A DNA stretch of 64,000 nt from the human T2T-CHM13v2.0 reference genome, Homo sapiens: assembly GCF_009914755.1 (NCBI RefSeq), contig NC_060939.1; one strand, 5' to 3'. A program made the position numbers and the translations under genes. The stretch's first letter is position 1; each line of letters begins with the position of its first letter. The notes below the pieces were generated by a model, which saw nothing but the letters and a program-made list of their open reading frames with translations, was not told where the DNA came from and did no database searches. Below are positions 28,155-44,276 of this stretch, one piece after another.

Positions 28155-28950
28155 ATATTTAACCAATATTTATAGTTTTAGCCACTGTGCTAGTCACGAG
28201 GGAACGAATCGTGAGCAAAACAGCCATGGCCCTTACTCCGGTGAGCTTACGTTCCAGCAGAGGAGAAAGACATTGATTGAATAATCACACCAGTGGATAA
28301 TTACAAGCTGTGATAAATGCTATGAAGGAAAAGCACAGAGGCAAAGTAAGGGGTCAGGGCAAGCTTTCCCAAAAGTGTCATTTGAACTGGGATCTGAATA
28401 AGTTAACTGGAGGCTTATGCATTGTATGATAAACATTGCTAGAGATCAGGATTTGTGGGGGTAGTTTTAGACAGGCTGGGGTTAAGATGTTTTTGAGATA
28501 CCCGAGTGGAGATGGAGGCAGTTGGATACATGGGCCAGAGGTGCGGAGGAGAGAATGGGACTGGATGTATATATTGGGAGCTGCAGTGTCTACTCAGCAA
28601 CTGAAGCCAAGGGTGAGGATGAGATCACTGAGGAATAAAATGCAGTGGGAGGAGAAAGAAGGCTAGGAGTATACCTTGAGGAACTATCATATTCAAAAGT
28701 AAAGAAAAAGGAGGTTAAGAATGGTGACCAGGGAGATAGGAAATTGGGAGAGGGAGGTTTGTGGAAGACAAGGTTGATGGTGTTGAACACTGCCGAGGCC
28801 AGAGAAGAGAAGAGAACTGGGCCCATTGGGTTCAATGACAGGAAGGTCATTGGTGGTCCCAGTGAGATCTGTTCAAGTGGAGAGAGTCATGGAGTAAATG
28901 AGAGGCGAATAAATAGAGGCAGAGAGTTTATGTAATTCTTTTAAGTAATC
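28155..28950 (-). mobile_element. L2 fragment
   Basis: cactgtgctag...gtgagcaaaacag...gtgataaatgctatgaaggaaa...ggaggcagttggata...ggtcattggtg. Confidence 0.8.
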
Positions 28951-29512
28951 TGATAACAAATATTTAAATGTTAGGTTTAAAGATATGCAGAAAGGAAGCC
29001 TGAGATCGGGAGTGTGCCAATTCCTTCTGGTTGTGCATTCATTGCCCACTTTCAGCAGTTCTGGGCATGTCCCTGACCTACTGACTTGGTCATTCATCCA
29101 CCCATTCGCTTATTCATTCAGTAAGTAACACGAATAAAAAACCATCTCTGCCTTTGAGGAGCTTACCATCTATTGGAGTTCAGGGTTTGCTTAAAATACT
29201 TCATTTGAGTATCTGCTCTGTGGGAAGCACTTTGCAGAGATGGACACAGAGATGAATAGGACATGCCTGCTTCCTGCCTTCAAGAGTAAAGTCTATTGGG
29301 ACAATACAGGAATCAGCAGCAAATGCAAAATAGCATTTCAAGACTGTTTTGTCCGTGCCCAGCTGTCTATGACAGTAATGTTGATTACAAGTTAAGCTAA
29401 ACGGAGCTATGAACTAAAGAAAGGCAAGCCTAATGTGATGTTCCTCCTTGTTCTTTCTGGAGAGAAATTATAGAAGAGTGTTGCATACTCAGGGTGAATA
29501 GGACCTAGAGGC

Positions 29513-29860
29513 TGTGTTAGTTATCTATTGCTGTACAACAAATTACCGCAAACTTAGTGTTTTAAAATATGAAACATGTATCGCAGTCAAGGATCCAGGC
29601 AGAGCTTACTTGGCTCCTCCACTTTGTGTCCTTCACACGTTGCAAGGAAGGTGTCATCCTGGGCTGTGGTCTCTTCTGAAGGCTCCACTGGAAAGGGTTG
29701 CTTCCAAGCTTATGTGCTTGTTGGAAGAATTCAGCTCCTTTGGGACTACTGGACTGACCACATCAGTTCCTTGTTGGCTGTTAGCCAGAGACTTCCCTCA
29801 GTTTCTTCCTACATGGGCCTCTTACAACACGGCAAATTGCTTCAGCAAGGCCTGCAAGCC
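29513..29860 (-). mobile_element. MLT1E/F-like LTR (partial)
   Basis: tgtgttagttatctattgctgtacaacaaattacc..aaacttagtg; gttggaagaattcagctcct. Confidence 0.8.
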
Positions 29861-30304
29861 TATCCACCACAGGTATCCAAAGCCACCATGAATTGCTAGG
29901 TAAGTTCTGACTCTTGATTTTCATTCAAGGTACCCAGATGATTTGTAATTTGTTTTCTAAGCCTTGTTGACTCTCTTAGACAGCTGGGCTCTGACACCTT
30001 CATTGCAAGAAACTCCCAATTCCAGTATGCAGCAGGGACTGGACCCTGTCTCGTCTTGATGAATTTCTCTGACTCATGACACTGGCACTGACCAGAAAAA
30101 ACAGGACTAATTGCCGTCTTTGTGCCATTTCCATCCCTTTGGTTCATAGCCCTAAGCTAGATCACATCACCTTCAAGCTCTGGAATCTTGACTCTTCCTT
30201 GGGGATACGACACTTAATTTCTCCCGGTCAAGCCATATGAGTGTTAGGAGACCTGCTAAGCCCACACTCTGGCCAGGAAACTCCTGTCATAAATCTCATA
30301 TTTT

Positions 30305-31190
30305 CAAAACAGTTTTATTGAGATACAATTAACACATCATAAAATTTATCATTTAAAGTGTATGATTCGGTGGCTTTTAGTATATTCACAGAGTTGAGCA
30401 ACCATCACCACAATCAATATTAGAATTGACCTCTTACCCAAAAAGAAACCTTGTATTCATTAACAGTCACTCCCCATTTCCCCCAAACCCTAGACAATCA
30501 TTAATCTACTTTCTGTCTCCGTAGATTTTCATATTCTGGACATTTCAAATAACTGGGATCAAATAATATGTGGCCTTTTCTATCTGGCTTTTTTCACTTA
30601 ATGTTTTCAAGGTCCATCCATGCTGTACTTCCATCAGTACTTCATTCCTTTTTATTGGAAAATAATATTCGATACATATTATCAACCATACATATCACCA
30701 ATGTTCATAAAGAATATCGATGTACAAGGCATTGTATGGATATACCACATTTTATTTAACCATTCATTTGGATGGTTTCTACTTTTTGGCTATCATGAAT
30801 AGTAGTTCTAGGAACATTTGTATATGAGTTTTTTTTGGGTGGACATATGTTTTCATTTCTCTTGGGTACATACCTAGGAGTGGATGGTTGGGTCACATGG
30901 TAACCTCATGTTTAGCAATTTGAGGAACTGCCGAACTGTTTTCCAAAGCAACTGCACCATTTCGTATTTCCAGCAGCAATGTATTAGGGTTCCAAATATC
31001 TCCACATCTTTATCAACACTTGTTATTAATTATCTTTTTGATTATAGACATACCAGTGGGTGTAAGGTGGTGTCTCACTGTGGTTTTGACTTGCATTTCG
31101 CCGATGGCTAAATGATGCCGAGCATCTTTTTATGTCCTTATTAACTATTGGTGTATCTGCTTTAGAGAAATATCTGCTCAAACTCATTGC
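30305..31190 (-). mobile_element. L1MB-type 3' end
   Basis: ttttattgagatacaatt...ttttagtatattcacagagttg..caaccatcaccacaatc...tttgaggaactgcc.aactgttttccaaagc. Confidence 0.9.
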
Positions 31191-31929
31191 TTGGCCTCAT
31201 ATGGTACCTGGCCCTTTCTGATTCTCCTCTGGCCCCTCTCCATGGGATAGGAATCCAGGATCCAACGTGACATGCCAACCTAGAGCCCATGCCCCCTCTG
31301 GGAGATGATGCTTTGCGTACTGGGGAAACTGGAATTCCCTGTCCAAATGGGATCCTTCAGGTCTCTTAAGTCTGTGGACCTGAAGGCAGACCATACTGCC
31401 AATCTACACACCCCAAGTCCTAAAGGGTGGCCACCCAGGGGGAAACTGTTTGTGGAGAGTATGGTGGAGCATGAACATGTGGGCAGGGGTGTGAGTGTGG
31501 CCCCTTATGGTGTAGGCAGAAGCAGGGTGGGAAGAAAAGGTGGAGGCTGGCCTGGGCCTAGAGATGAGCTCTCCCTGTGCTGACAAGTTCTAGAGCAGAA
31601 CTCCTGGGAATGTGAGAACTCTAACTTCACGCCTAGTCTTCCAGGTCATTATGAAGACAATAATTTTCAAAATTGGAAGACAGAACTTATTTAACAGTTT
31701 GCAGGCATGATTTATAACTTTTAAAACATTGGACATACATTATGCGGACTTCCATGTGTTCTTTTGCTCTGACCTACAAATAGAATAGTAGGGTCAGGGA
31801 TGAAATTGTCCCCATTGCATGCGCTTCCTTTGCTGGGAACTCCATAGCTGTGGGTTGGAGCTTGGTCAGGACACCAAATACAAAGGGCAAATGGAAGTTA
31901 AGTGATATGCATGAGCCCAGAGAGCTTAG

Positions 31930-32170
31930 CAGCTAAGGGCAGAGGCTCCAGAGCAAGGCTGCCTAGATTTTGAGTCCCATCTCTACCGCATACTGGCTCT
32001 CTGAACTGGACTAAGTTCTTAACAATTCTCTAGGTTTGTCTCTGCAAAATGAGAATAATTATACTATCTGCCTCAAAGGAGTTCTGTGAATTTTAAATGC
32101 GTTACTACTTTCAGAGTATTCAGAATACTGCCTGGCCTGGAGGTAGCATTCAGTGCTGTCATTATTGAGG
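31930..32170 (+). mobile_element. MIR
   Basis: ctgcctagattttgagtccc...tctgcaaaatgagaataattatactatctgcctca. Confidence 0.75.
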
Positions 32171-32973
32171 GATGCTGTGGGCACCAGAGAAGGCAGAAGG
32201 CAGACTTTCTCAGATCTAGTTGTCTCTTCTTCAGTGGAAACCCACTAAGATCATCCCTAAATCCCAAAAGACTGCACGGAAAGGGACAAATTCCCAGGGG
32301 TAAATTTCTTTCTGTTTCCATGGCCTTTTAAGACAGCAACCCTCCCCAGCAAATGCCAAGAAGCCCTGGTTTCATACTCCAACATTCTCTAGCATTTGCA
32401 TGAGGGCACTCTGAGAATAGCTTATGCTTGAGAAGGGGACTTGGGGTGGGGGGGCTAAAAATGCTAAAATTTGACTAAGTCTCCAAATGAAAAATACAGC
32501 TTTAGGGAAAACCAGAGACATCTCCTTCTTTTTCTTTCTGTCTCAAAATGCATTGTGATGAATAATGCCCCAGGGCTGGTGTATGCAAACTTCCACTGTG
32601 CTCATGGAGATAATTGAATCCCCTATAATGATGGGCCAAAAAAAAAAAAAAAAAACTAGACAGAGAAGGCTGTGGATCGGCCCAGTTTGGCTTTTAGCTC
32701 ACAGAACCTACAATTATTCTGCAGTGATTTTTATTTACCTATTTAGTGCTTCCACTAGGCCGGGAAGGAGAGAGAGAGCCGGAGAGGGAGAATCTAGTCA
32801 TAATTCAGCCCTCATGGTTAGGCAGCAAGCTCGAAATTGAAAAAGTTATTCAAATGGATAATGAAATGGGGCTGAGTTTCTAATGTCCTCCTCCATGGGA
32901 AAATGGCATAAATTGTGGGGCTTTGCAAATGGCTTACATGCTGTTTGTGATGAGATTATTTAAGAGTCAGCTT

Positions 32974-33297
<324 letters not shown>

Positions 33298-34028
33298 TCA
33301 GTGATGCTGCTGTATGAGGGCATTATCCCAGGGTGACCTTTGCACCTGCATCCAAAGGAAGAGTGGAGTCTCTGAATTTGGTCTTCAGAGGGTCATTGTC
33401 AGCCAGTGAGTGGAACCAGGGACTCTTCTGGGCTGCTGAGATCCTCACTGGTGAAACTATGGGTAAGAATTGTCTTTCAAGGCTGTGGCCCCAGATGAAA
33501 TGTTTGAAACATAGTCAGACAATCAGAGTACGTTCCTCAGTGCTGCTTAGTCCAGAGGAGAGGTTGATAATATAAAACACCTGTCAAAAACAGCATGCGG
33601 CCAATCCTAGAGGCTGGTGGAGCTGTGGCCACGACCACACCTCTCCCCCCATCTATGGTGAGGGTCAGCCCCAAATAGTTTCCTCCGTCTTAAGAATAGG
33701 CAACAAGCACATGGTGATCACTTCTGTTACATGGCCCATCTGCAATCCCCAATGAAATTCAACGTTAGTTTTGAATGTAATAACAAGCACTTTTATGTAC
33801 AACAGCTCAGGGAAATAAGTAATCTACTTTATTGTCACTTTATAGATCTGGAGTAACTAAAGGGCAGGAAGTAAAGTGATTTGCTCAAGCTCATATGGTT
33901 AGTGAGGCCTTGGAGCCAAGGTATAAATCTGCGGCTCCATAACTTTTCACCATATTTAAGCCCATATCCCTTTCATAATTGGAATTTTGACACTCAGATT
34001 TTGAAATTTGACGTTTCATGATCCAGAG

Positions 34029-34236
34029 CAGCACTGTCCAACAGAACTTTCTGTAGAGATGGAAATGTTCTATAATCTGTGTTGTCCAATATGGTAGCCC
34101 CTAGCTACATGTAGCTTTTGAGCACTTGAGAAGTGGCTAATGTGATTGAAGAACTGAATTTCAAATTTTATTACAGTGAATTTAAATTTAAAAATCACAT
34201 GTTGCTAGTAAGTTACCTGCCATATTAGGCAACAGA
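34029..34236. mobile_element. MER3 (hAT-Charlie)
   Basis: cagcactgtccaacagaactttctg..gatggaaatgttcta..tgtccaatatggtagcc.ctagctacatgt. Confidence 0.88.
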
Positions 34237-34979
34237 AAACTATTCACCTATCCAAAGGAAATTTGATCCTACTCTAGACAAACACAGTGGTTTAGAGCAT
34301 GCACTTCAGGGTCAGATTATTTCACACAATATCCAGTCAAATGAGAAATTAATGAGAAAGGAGTGGGGAGCTTTGAAGAAATATAATGAAATGGCTTAGA
34401 AATCAGAAAATTGAGGTCTAAGTGTCTTATAATATATATATCATTGTTACTGCATTAATATATGACTGAAAAAAGAAAAAATATAAAAAAGTAACTGGAA
34501 AGAAGAGGTAATCATTTGTTTAATTTTTCCCTAGCAGTATCTTCCTCATGTTGAACTATGGAGAAATTGTGAAGTTTGGCAGCAAGAGGCACAGTCCCAC
34601 TTGCAGAGAAAGGTGATCTGGCAGGCAGGGGATGCTCACTAGGGAGGTCACAGCCACAGCTTTGAATGAAATCAGGCAACTTGGACTTGAGGCTGAATGT
34701 CACACTGGAGACACAGACATATGATAGGTATCCAGTAAGCCCCGGGATCTCAATTCCAAGTGGAACAGTGAAAGAAAAGAGTCAAAATTGTGTCTTTTTG
34801 AAGCAATTAAAGAGAATACAGGGTAAGAATCCAGGAGCCTGATATGTAAGACTTAGAAAGTTCTAGATTCTACCAGAAGTTTGCTGCCAGGATGTAGAGA
34901 AAGAAAGACAGGATCTATGGATGGCCATTGTTGCAGCGAAGAGTTCTGAGATGCTACAGTGTAGTAGCAGTTGTTGCTG

Positions 34980-35054
34980 TTTAGAGACAGGCGTCTAGGC
35001 TGGAGGGCAGTGGCACAATCACAGCTCACTTCAGCCTTGAACACCTGGGCTTAA
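34980..35054 (-). mobile_element. Alu/FLAM fragment
   Basis: gagacagg...aggctggagggcagtggcacaatcacagctcact. Confidence 0.75.
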
Positions 35055-36659
35055 GGCTGTAATTACTGAGGTATAAACCTCACATGTGGGAGCAGCACAA
35101 TCAAACACCAAACAAAGGTCAGGATGCATTCGAATGCAAGTCAAAGAATCCCCAGGTAGTGTGTTTTAAACAATAAGGACATTTATTATTTCACACAGTG
35201 AGAATTCCAGAGGTAGACAGAGTGATTTCAGAGTTTGATTACTTTTATTGCGTTGTATTCTCATGACAATTTCATTAGCGAAGTTCGTTTTGTAGCCATG
35301 AAGAATTTAAAGCTTTGGGAGGTTAAATTACTTGTCCAAGGTCACACAGCTGATGGAGCCACAGTTGAACCCATAAAGCCATGGATACTCCAGGTACCTA
35401 AAGACTACATTGCAGTGAGGTTTACCTTATATAAAGGATGTTTTTTGTGTGTTTTACATCAGCATTAGGAAAAGGAAATAACCTTTATCCCATAAGATGT
35501 ATCCAAGAAGATATAATTTCCATTTTTTGAAGGTCAGAATTCACGGCAGAGAGAGATCATGAACACAGTGTCCAAACCACACAGCAGGTCAAATTGGTAA
35601 TGAACCCTATGGCTCAAAACAGAGCTTCCTATCAGAACTATCAGGTGTCATTTCATAGCTCCCACCCCTGTGGAAGAACAGTAAACAAACAAACAAACAA
35701 AATCAAACAACACTTCATGCCTCACAGTGCTGGCAGAGTGCTCCATGATGCCAGTCTCGTTTTTCCCCCCTCATTCCCAATGGCTGCTGTTTCCACAAAA
35801 TGAAGAGACAGTGAGGCGGCATGACATGGATTCAAAGCAAAGTGAGAAGGCTGAAGTCAGCATCTGCAGCCCTGGGGGTGGACCACCCCAGGAGAAACTG
35901 ACCCCACACCAAGGACAAAAGGAAGTCCTGGCCTAATCTAGGGAGGTGGAGTCTAAATGTTGAGCCACTTGACCATCTGTCTCTATTTAAAGCCTCAAAC
36001 TGGATTTTGTGTCAAAAAGTAGCCCATGAGCAAATGAGCCCATAAGCACACCTGCATGAAAAGGGCTTTAAAAATATGCAGCCTGTGTATAATCTGAGAA
36101 AAAGGTATTACTTTTGGTTGTAGAGAACGTCCACAATTGGAAGGTCTCAAACATATTCAATAGATAGATCTAAGCTTGGCTTAGCCTATGTGGAGTGCTA
36201 TTATTTTTCAAAAGGTAATTATCCATGTATTACCTTATCTGTTGCCAATGTCACGTAACACTGAGAAATTGATCAGCATACAGCCTTAAATGTCTAAGAC
36301 TCCAGAATGGAAATAACTGCCAAATATGGATTAAATTGATAAAAATAATTCCAAACATGATTAGAGTCACTCTGTTGTATATCCCACACAGCAGGTGGGA
36401 AATCCTTGAGAAGAATTAGGGAAAGGTTTAGAGAAAGCAGATTAATGGAGAAAGATTAAATGTGTTTCAAAAGCAGTACAAAACATATTTTAAATGACAA
36501 TCCTTGCATAGGCAACATTAAAAGGTATTTGGACATATGAAAAATTCAAGCACTTGATTTAAATGTACATCGTGCAGTAAAAAAATAGAAATCTGTCCAT
36601 GTGGCATAAATTGTACCCATGGGAGATGCTGGAGAGTGACAAATGTAAGTGGTGATAAA

Positions 36660-37130
36660 GTTATTTTTCTTTTTATCTTTGCATTTAATTACACAAGTGA
36701 TATGGAAAACACATTCTTATTGTAAAAAATTCAAACAGTACAAAGAACAATGTATAGATCCCCCTGGATGTTGCAACCTCCTTGCCAGCCCCTCCTTCCC
36801 CATATGCTTATTTCCCAGAGTCGCCTGGTGCTAACTGGGATGTGAGGCTTCTGAGCTCCTTCTACTCATCTACCCACGTACACTCACATATGTACATACA
36901 TTTTTGTTTCTTACATAAATGTAGACAATAATGTAAATATTATTTCATTACTTGCTTTCTCTTCACATACTAATATATCCTGAAGCAATTTTTCTGTTAG
37001 TACATATATATCTACCTTATTTTTAAACGTCTGACACAGTATCTCATGGCATGGGTATTTCATAATCTATTTAGCTAATGTCTTGTTGACCATAGTTGGC
37101 GTGTTTGCAATGCTTTATTATAACAAAGAT
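36660..37130 (-). mobile_element. L1ME-type 3' fragment
   Basis: acattcttattgtaaaaaattcaaacagtaca...tctaccttatttttaa...ttcataatctattta. Confidence 0.65.
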
Positions 37131-37642
37131 TCCAAAGAAGGCTTGTTTACTGATTTTCCAAGAGATATATCAGAGAAGGCATTATTTCTAGTGGACTCAC
37201 TTAAAACTCGCTCATGACTATTACTAGATAGGCAGCCTATGGTGAACCAATTAATGCCACTTCTGCCCCTATGGCCGAGGCCAGGTAGCCATTTGCCATG
37301 ACCCCTCCTCTTGATTTATTAGCATTCTAATCACTGAAATTTAGGGAGGGTGATCCACCACATCACTGCATCCCTGAGAAGCAATGCCATCTGCTCTCTA
37401 CGGGGTGTCAGAACCCCTCTCCTTCTCTCTTGTTGGTCTGTAGAACCACACCTTCCACAGAATACATAAACAGCAGTTATTTCTGAATAGTGGGTCACTG
37501 TGAGATTATTTATGCTTGTCTATATTTTATGTTTCTATGACGTACATGTATTACTGGTGTAATAAATAAATAATAAAATAGTTTTTTAAAGGTACATGGT
37601 ATGTTAAGAAAATCAGAAAAGAAAGCAAGTGAGCAAGCATGA

Positions 37643-38052
<410 letters not shown>

Positions 38053-38079
38053 TGATAAATATAATCTTTACTTGTAATC

Positions 38080-38460
38080 TATATGTTATCTGTGTAAAAC
38101 TAAGCAAATTGCTCAATTTCTCTAAAGCTTAGTTGTTGTTTGTTCTTAAATAAAAAATAAGGATGCTAATTCAACCTCATAGAGTGTGAAAGTCAAATGA
38201 AATGATGTTCATAAAATGTAACATAGTATATAAGAGGAATAAAATGGTATACAGTGTAACACAGTGATAAAGAACATACACACATGGGGTTGAATGCCTG
38301 CTTCATCACTTACCTAAAGAGTGACCTTGAGAAAATGGACTAACCCTCTGAATCTCAGTTTCCTTATCCATAAAATGAGGATAATGTCAACTCCATAATG
38401 TGATTGTGAGGACTAAATAAGAAATTATATCCTAGCATTTGACCTACCATGTGGAGAGTT
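38080..38460 (+). mobile_element. Two adjacent MIR fragments
   Basis: gtgaccttgagaaa...ctcagtttccttatccataaaatgaggataat...ttgtgaggactaaat. Confidence 0.7.
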
Positions 38461-38701
38461 CCCAATAATTCCCCTACTACCAAAGGTCAGTTCCCCTCCT
38501 GTTCTGTTTTCCTTTTTGTTGATTGCAAAACTTCAAATGAAACAAATACTATGACTTCACTAAGAAAATATGGTGACGTGGTTACCAAGGCTTACTTCTT
38601 TATAGTTTTGCAGGCAATTTAGCAAATGTTGTATTGTTTGATTCACATAAAATCCTCTGTGCTAGACAGAAAACTTCATGGTTTTTGTCATGGTTTTTCA
38701 T

Positions 38702-39193
38702 TGTTGTGAAACAATTTCCCATGGATGTCTTATATTTCTGTACATCTTGTAAGCAAACGCACTGACAGCCTTTTTGGTGGACTGTCTCATTAAGGATGTT
38801 TTTATCAGGAGCATCAACCTCTGGAACAAAGAGCAGATTTGTTCACTGTTCAGTGTAAGAAAGATTATGTTGTCTTCCAGGGCAACGGGCAGATTTTCAT
38901 ACAGCTCATTATAAAAGATTTGGGCTTCCTAAGCTTGGAGTTCCTCAGCTGTGATGCAAAGCCACTGTGTGTATGGCATGCACCTTAGCCACTCTGTGAA
39001 TCCCCGTGGGACTTGGGGGCACGGGAAACTGATGCAAACATGAAGCTCATACTGCCTGCTCTGGGATGAGTAATAAAGTTCTTCATCTCTGAATCACAGT
39101 CTCATGTCTTCTTCCAGCATCCATAAAACTGTGGCAGACTAACATATTAGCTTCCAAGTAAGGTAAAAGCTCAGACCCCTTATGTTTTTGACA
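38702..39193 (+). mobile_element. LTR40a-like ERVL solo LTR
   Basis: tg...ca termini; TATAAAA at 38910-38916; AATAAA at 39072-39077; gtgggacttggggg, ccagcatccataaaactgtggcag. Confidence 0.85.
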
Positions 39194-39199
39194 GCTCCA

Positions 39200-40515
<1,316 letters not shown>

Positions 40516-40519
40516 AGGG

Positions 40520-40660
40520 TGGGAAACATTATCCCAGTTTTACAGATAAGAAAATTGAGGCTTACAGATGATAAGTGAGTTTTCAAGGTCATAGAGCTAC
40601 CAAGAGGCAGTGCCAGGTCTCACATTCAGGTTTCCCAAATGTACAAGTTACTTTCCATGA
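40520..40660 (-). mobile_element. MIR
   Basis: ccagttttacagataagaaaattgaggct...caaggtcatagagct. Confidence 0.75.
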
Positions 40661-41215
40661 AGGTTGTTCCTTTGAGTTCAGGACGGACTAGAAAGGTCTG
40701 CCTAAGGGGAACCGTATATAGTAGGAGAGTCTGGAGGATGGTTTATTCTCGGAAGGGTGTTATGTCTGTAAACTAAACAAAGGAACTAAAAGAAAAACAG
40801 ACAAGAAGAAAAGACCATGGAACCAGATGGTAGATCCAAATGAGAGGTGGGGCAAGGGAGGGCTTACATGGGAGATGGGCAGCAGACTTGGTGGCCAGGA
40901 GGATTGGGTAGAATGAGGATTGAAGAGTAGGTGTAAAAGAGGTTAAGAGATTGAGAACCTGACCCTCAAAGACTGGTCTCTGGGCACTTGTTTTCAGAAC
41001 AGAGGCATCTCCTTAGGAAAATAAAAGCTACTTATAATAATAAAAGTAATGATAATGGTCATTTATTAGATACCCTGTGTGTGTGTAGCCTTGTGTTAGA
41101 TGCTCTACCAATGTAAATTTAGTTGGTCCTCTAAGCAGACTGGGGAAGACGCTAGAACCCTGGCTTGTCCTTTTCTTCTATTTGTTTTCACCATTCTAGT
41201 TATTAAGTATGTAAA

Positions 41216-41266
41216 GTGTTTCTCACTTCTTGTGTTTTTCTCACTTCTTGTGTTTCTCTCACTTCT
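41216..41266. repeat. ~18-bp tandem repeat x3 (gtgtttttctcacttctt)
   Basis: Three near-identical units read directly. Confidence 0.8.
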
Positions 41267-42979
41267 ACTTTGTCTCCTAGTCCCTACCCTCCCTCCCATC
41301 CTTTTTACAGCCAGGGGTTGGGCCTCTGATACCCTCCATGAAATTCCACTAGGTCTGTCTGTCTTTCTCCACCCTCTTTCTATTAAATTAATTGCCATTA
41401 AGGTTTAAATGACTAGCAGATTCTTACTCGATTCTGATTCTTATCTCTCCCAAGGACAAATGTATAATAATATTCTTAGAGAAATATTTAAAGTATTCTT
41501 CTAACCAAGTAAATGGATCTTTAATGATACTACTTAAGGCAGAGATGCAAGATATTTTTGAAGGGTGAAAAGATTTACTAGACATTTGAAATTACATCCA
41601 TACCTGGGTCTCCACTAATTCCACCTTTGGAAGATTAATTCATTCTAGGTGTTCTAATCCTCCCCATCCCTTTTCCCACCTCTATGTTAAAATTCTATGA
41701 CTTCACATGCCCCGTGGCCAGATAGAAACAACTTCTTTGTATATCGATAGCAATTCTCTCCACTGTCAACTACATCTCCCTGCACCCATGGGATCCCTGG
41801 GAAATGAGAAAGCTCAGCTGTCTCCAGGGTGTGGTGAATTAGGGCAGTTGTTCTGTTCCCTTTTCTACTGTAGAATGATTGGGATAATTGGGAGAAAGGT
41901 GGTTAGATGGGACTCACTTTTTGAATTTGTGTTATACACACAGCCAAGAGCTGTTAGAGATCTTCTGACAGTAATGACTAGTCAGTTTCTAGTTCTTTGA
42001 AGGTGCATTTGGGGTTGGCATGTGACATGGGGGGCTTTTTCTCCAGCCACAGTTGAGCCTTTAGGAGCTCCATGAAGAGTTTAAAGAAGTTCTCCAGGAT
42101 CTGTTTCCATCTCCTGTAGAAATCTTTTCATTCTCATACGGACTGGGGTTCCTGGTTTCTGACCTGTTACTTCAACCCTAGATTCTGCCTCCTGGCTCAT
42201 ATCCCACATATAAACATTTCAGTTGAACTGTCTACTTGGCTTCTGATTTTGATTTCACTAATGAAGGTCGCCTCTTGGGCCATCTTCTTTTCTATTCCCT
42301 ATAGACCCAAAGATAAGTCTCCCTATACCCTCTGCCCATTACAAGCTTCTGGGATTCTACTGTTCTGTGCTCCCACTTACCTGAGAGGAGAATTTTGATA
42401 TGACTATTAAATGCCTTGCTTTGCCCTCAGACCACAATTAAGAATTGTTTAGCCAAGTGATTTTAACAAAGGTTACAATGAGAATGCTGCTTAAGCCATT
42501 ATCTTATGGGTACTTCTTGCTCAGCCTTTCTTCATAGACAAATGAGAATTCAGAACTTGTATCCCAGGGCTTCGGCTGAATATGGGGATGTGGTGCAATG
42601 AGCCCCCTGAACTCGGGATAAAGGTGAATACCATGAGACAGAGTGTGTCCAGCAGCAATCAAAGTAAAAAAGCCAAGCTGTTTGGATGATCAAGACGAAA
42701 GTCTGCATGGCTTGGCCAAGGAGAAGAATCCAGGTACTAAATGATGGAACCAGAGGGTACCTTGTCAGAGAAGAAGAGACTGGAGACCAACCTTGAGTTT
42801 GCTGAAGGAATCTCTAACCACTTTTTACAGGGTGCCTGTAGCCTCAGTTATAGATGTACAGACAGCTGAGTTAAGGGGCCAAACTGGTGTAAATAGATAT
42901 GTAGTAAACAGATTTATACATTGTAGCTTTTCAACTCTGGTTCTTATTAGAAAAGTTCTTATTAGGTACCCAGTATGAG

Positions 42980-43543
42980 TGTATCAGTCAGTGACTGCTG
43001 TGTAATAAACCAACTCAATGCTCAGTGGTTTAACACAATTTGTTTTATAAATTTATAGGTAACATTATTATAACCCATGTTTCTAGGGGTTTGTTGCAAA
43101 TTGGCTAATGTAGGCTGGGCTCATCTGGGTGGCTCTGGTCATCCTTGTTGGGCATACTCATGTGTCTGTGGATTGGCTGGGACAGGAAAGTGGTAGAGCC
43201 TCTGCTCTAAGCTAAGGCAACTTTGTTAGGAAAGCTCCACTCTTCAACTTAGTTAAGAAAGCTCCTCCTGAGAATAGCAAGCTAGGCCAGCATGTTCTCA
43301 CAGTGATGCCAGAGGAGCAAGAGCAGAGCAGAAACACATAAGGTCTCTTGAGGCCTCTTCTAGGAACTGGCATAATGTTACAATCTGCTGCATTCTCTTG
43401 TCCAAGGTATACTTTGTGATCAAACCCAAATCAAAAGTCAAGGGAGTACATTCTGCTCACAGTGAGAAAGCACTGTAAAGATAAATAGCAAAGAGGGTAG
43501 AGGCAGGAAGGGGAAATAACTGAAGAAAATAACTCATTCCATA
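42980..43543 (-). mobile_element. MLT1H-like LTR
   Basis: tgtatcagtcag..tgctgtgtaataaac..ctcagtggtttaa...ggtctcttgaggcct...ggaactggca...cattctcttgtccaa. Confidence 0.75.
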
Positions 43544-43913
43544 AAGTGTGCTAGGCACTCATTGAAGAATGGTATGCTCTTAGATGCTTTATCATCATAT
43601 GTACAATGGGTAAGTATTTTGATCCTGATTCTATAGAGCTCAAAATGTTTACAACAGTCATTAAGGTAACACGTCAATTAAGTGGTAAACAAATTTCAAC
43701 CCAGCTTCTTATGGTTCTAAATTTGAGATCTTTCCAATATGGGATAAGAATTCACCAACTTATCTGCCTCCATTCCAGTTAATTTTTATACAGAGCATAC
43801 ATACAAACACCTACGTTATATGTGACACTTTAACAATTCAACAAATAAAATTAAAATAAAAATGAAAGTTAAAAACAATCCTTATTTTATTGTATGTTCT
43901 TCCTATTTGCCAG

Positions 43914-44276
43914 TATATTAGTCTGTTCTCACACTGCTGACAAAGACATATCTGAGACTGGGTAATTTACAAAGAAAAAGAGGTTTAATGGACTCATGGT
44001 TCCATGTGGCTGGGGAGGCCTCACAATCATGGTGGAAGGCAAAAGGCACATCTTCCATGGCAGCAGGCAAAAAGAGAATGAGAACCAAGTGAAAGGGGTT
44101 TCCCCTTATAAAACCATCAGATCTTGTGAGACTTATTCACTACCACGAGAAAAGTATGGGGGAAACCACCCCCATGATTCAATTATCTCCCACCAGCTCC
44201 CTCCCACAACACATGGGAATTATGAGAGCTACAATTCAAGATGAGATTTGGGTGGGGACACAGCCAAACTATATCA
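43914..44276 (-). mobile_element. THE1B/THE1C solo LTR
   Basis: Complete THE1 body; perfect 5-bp TSD gccag (43909-43913, 44277-44281). Confidence 0.95.
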
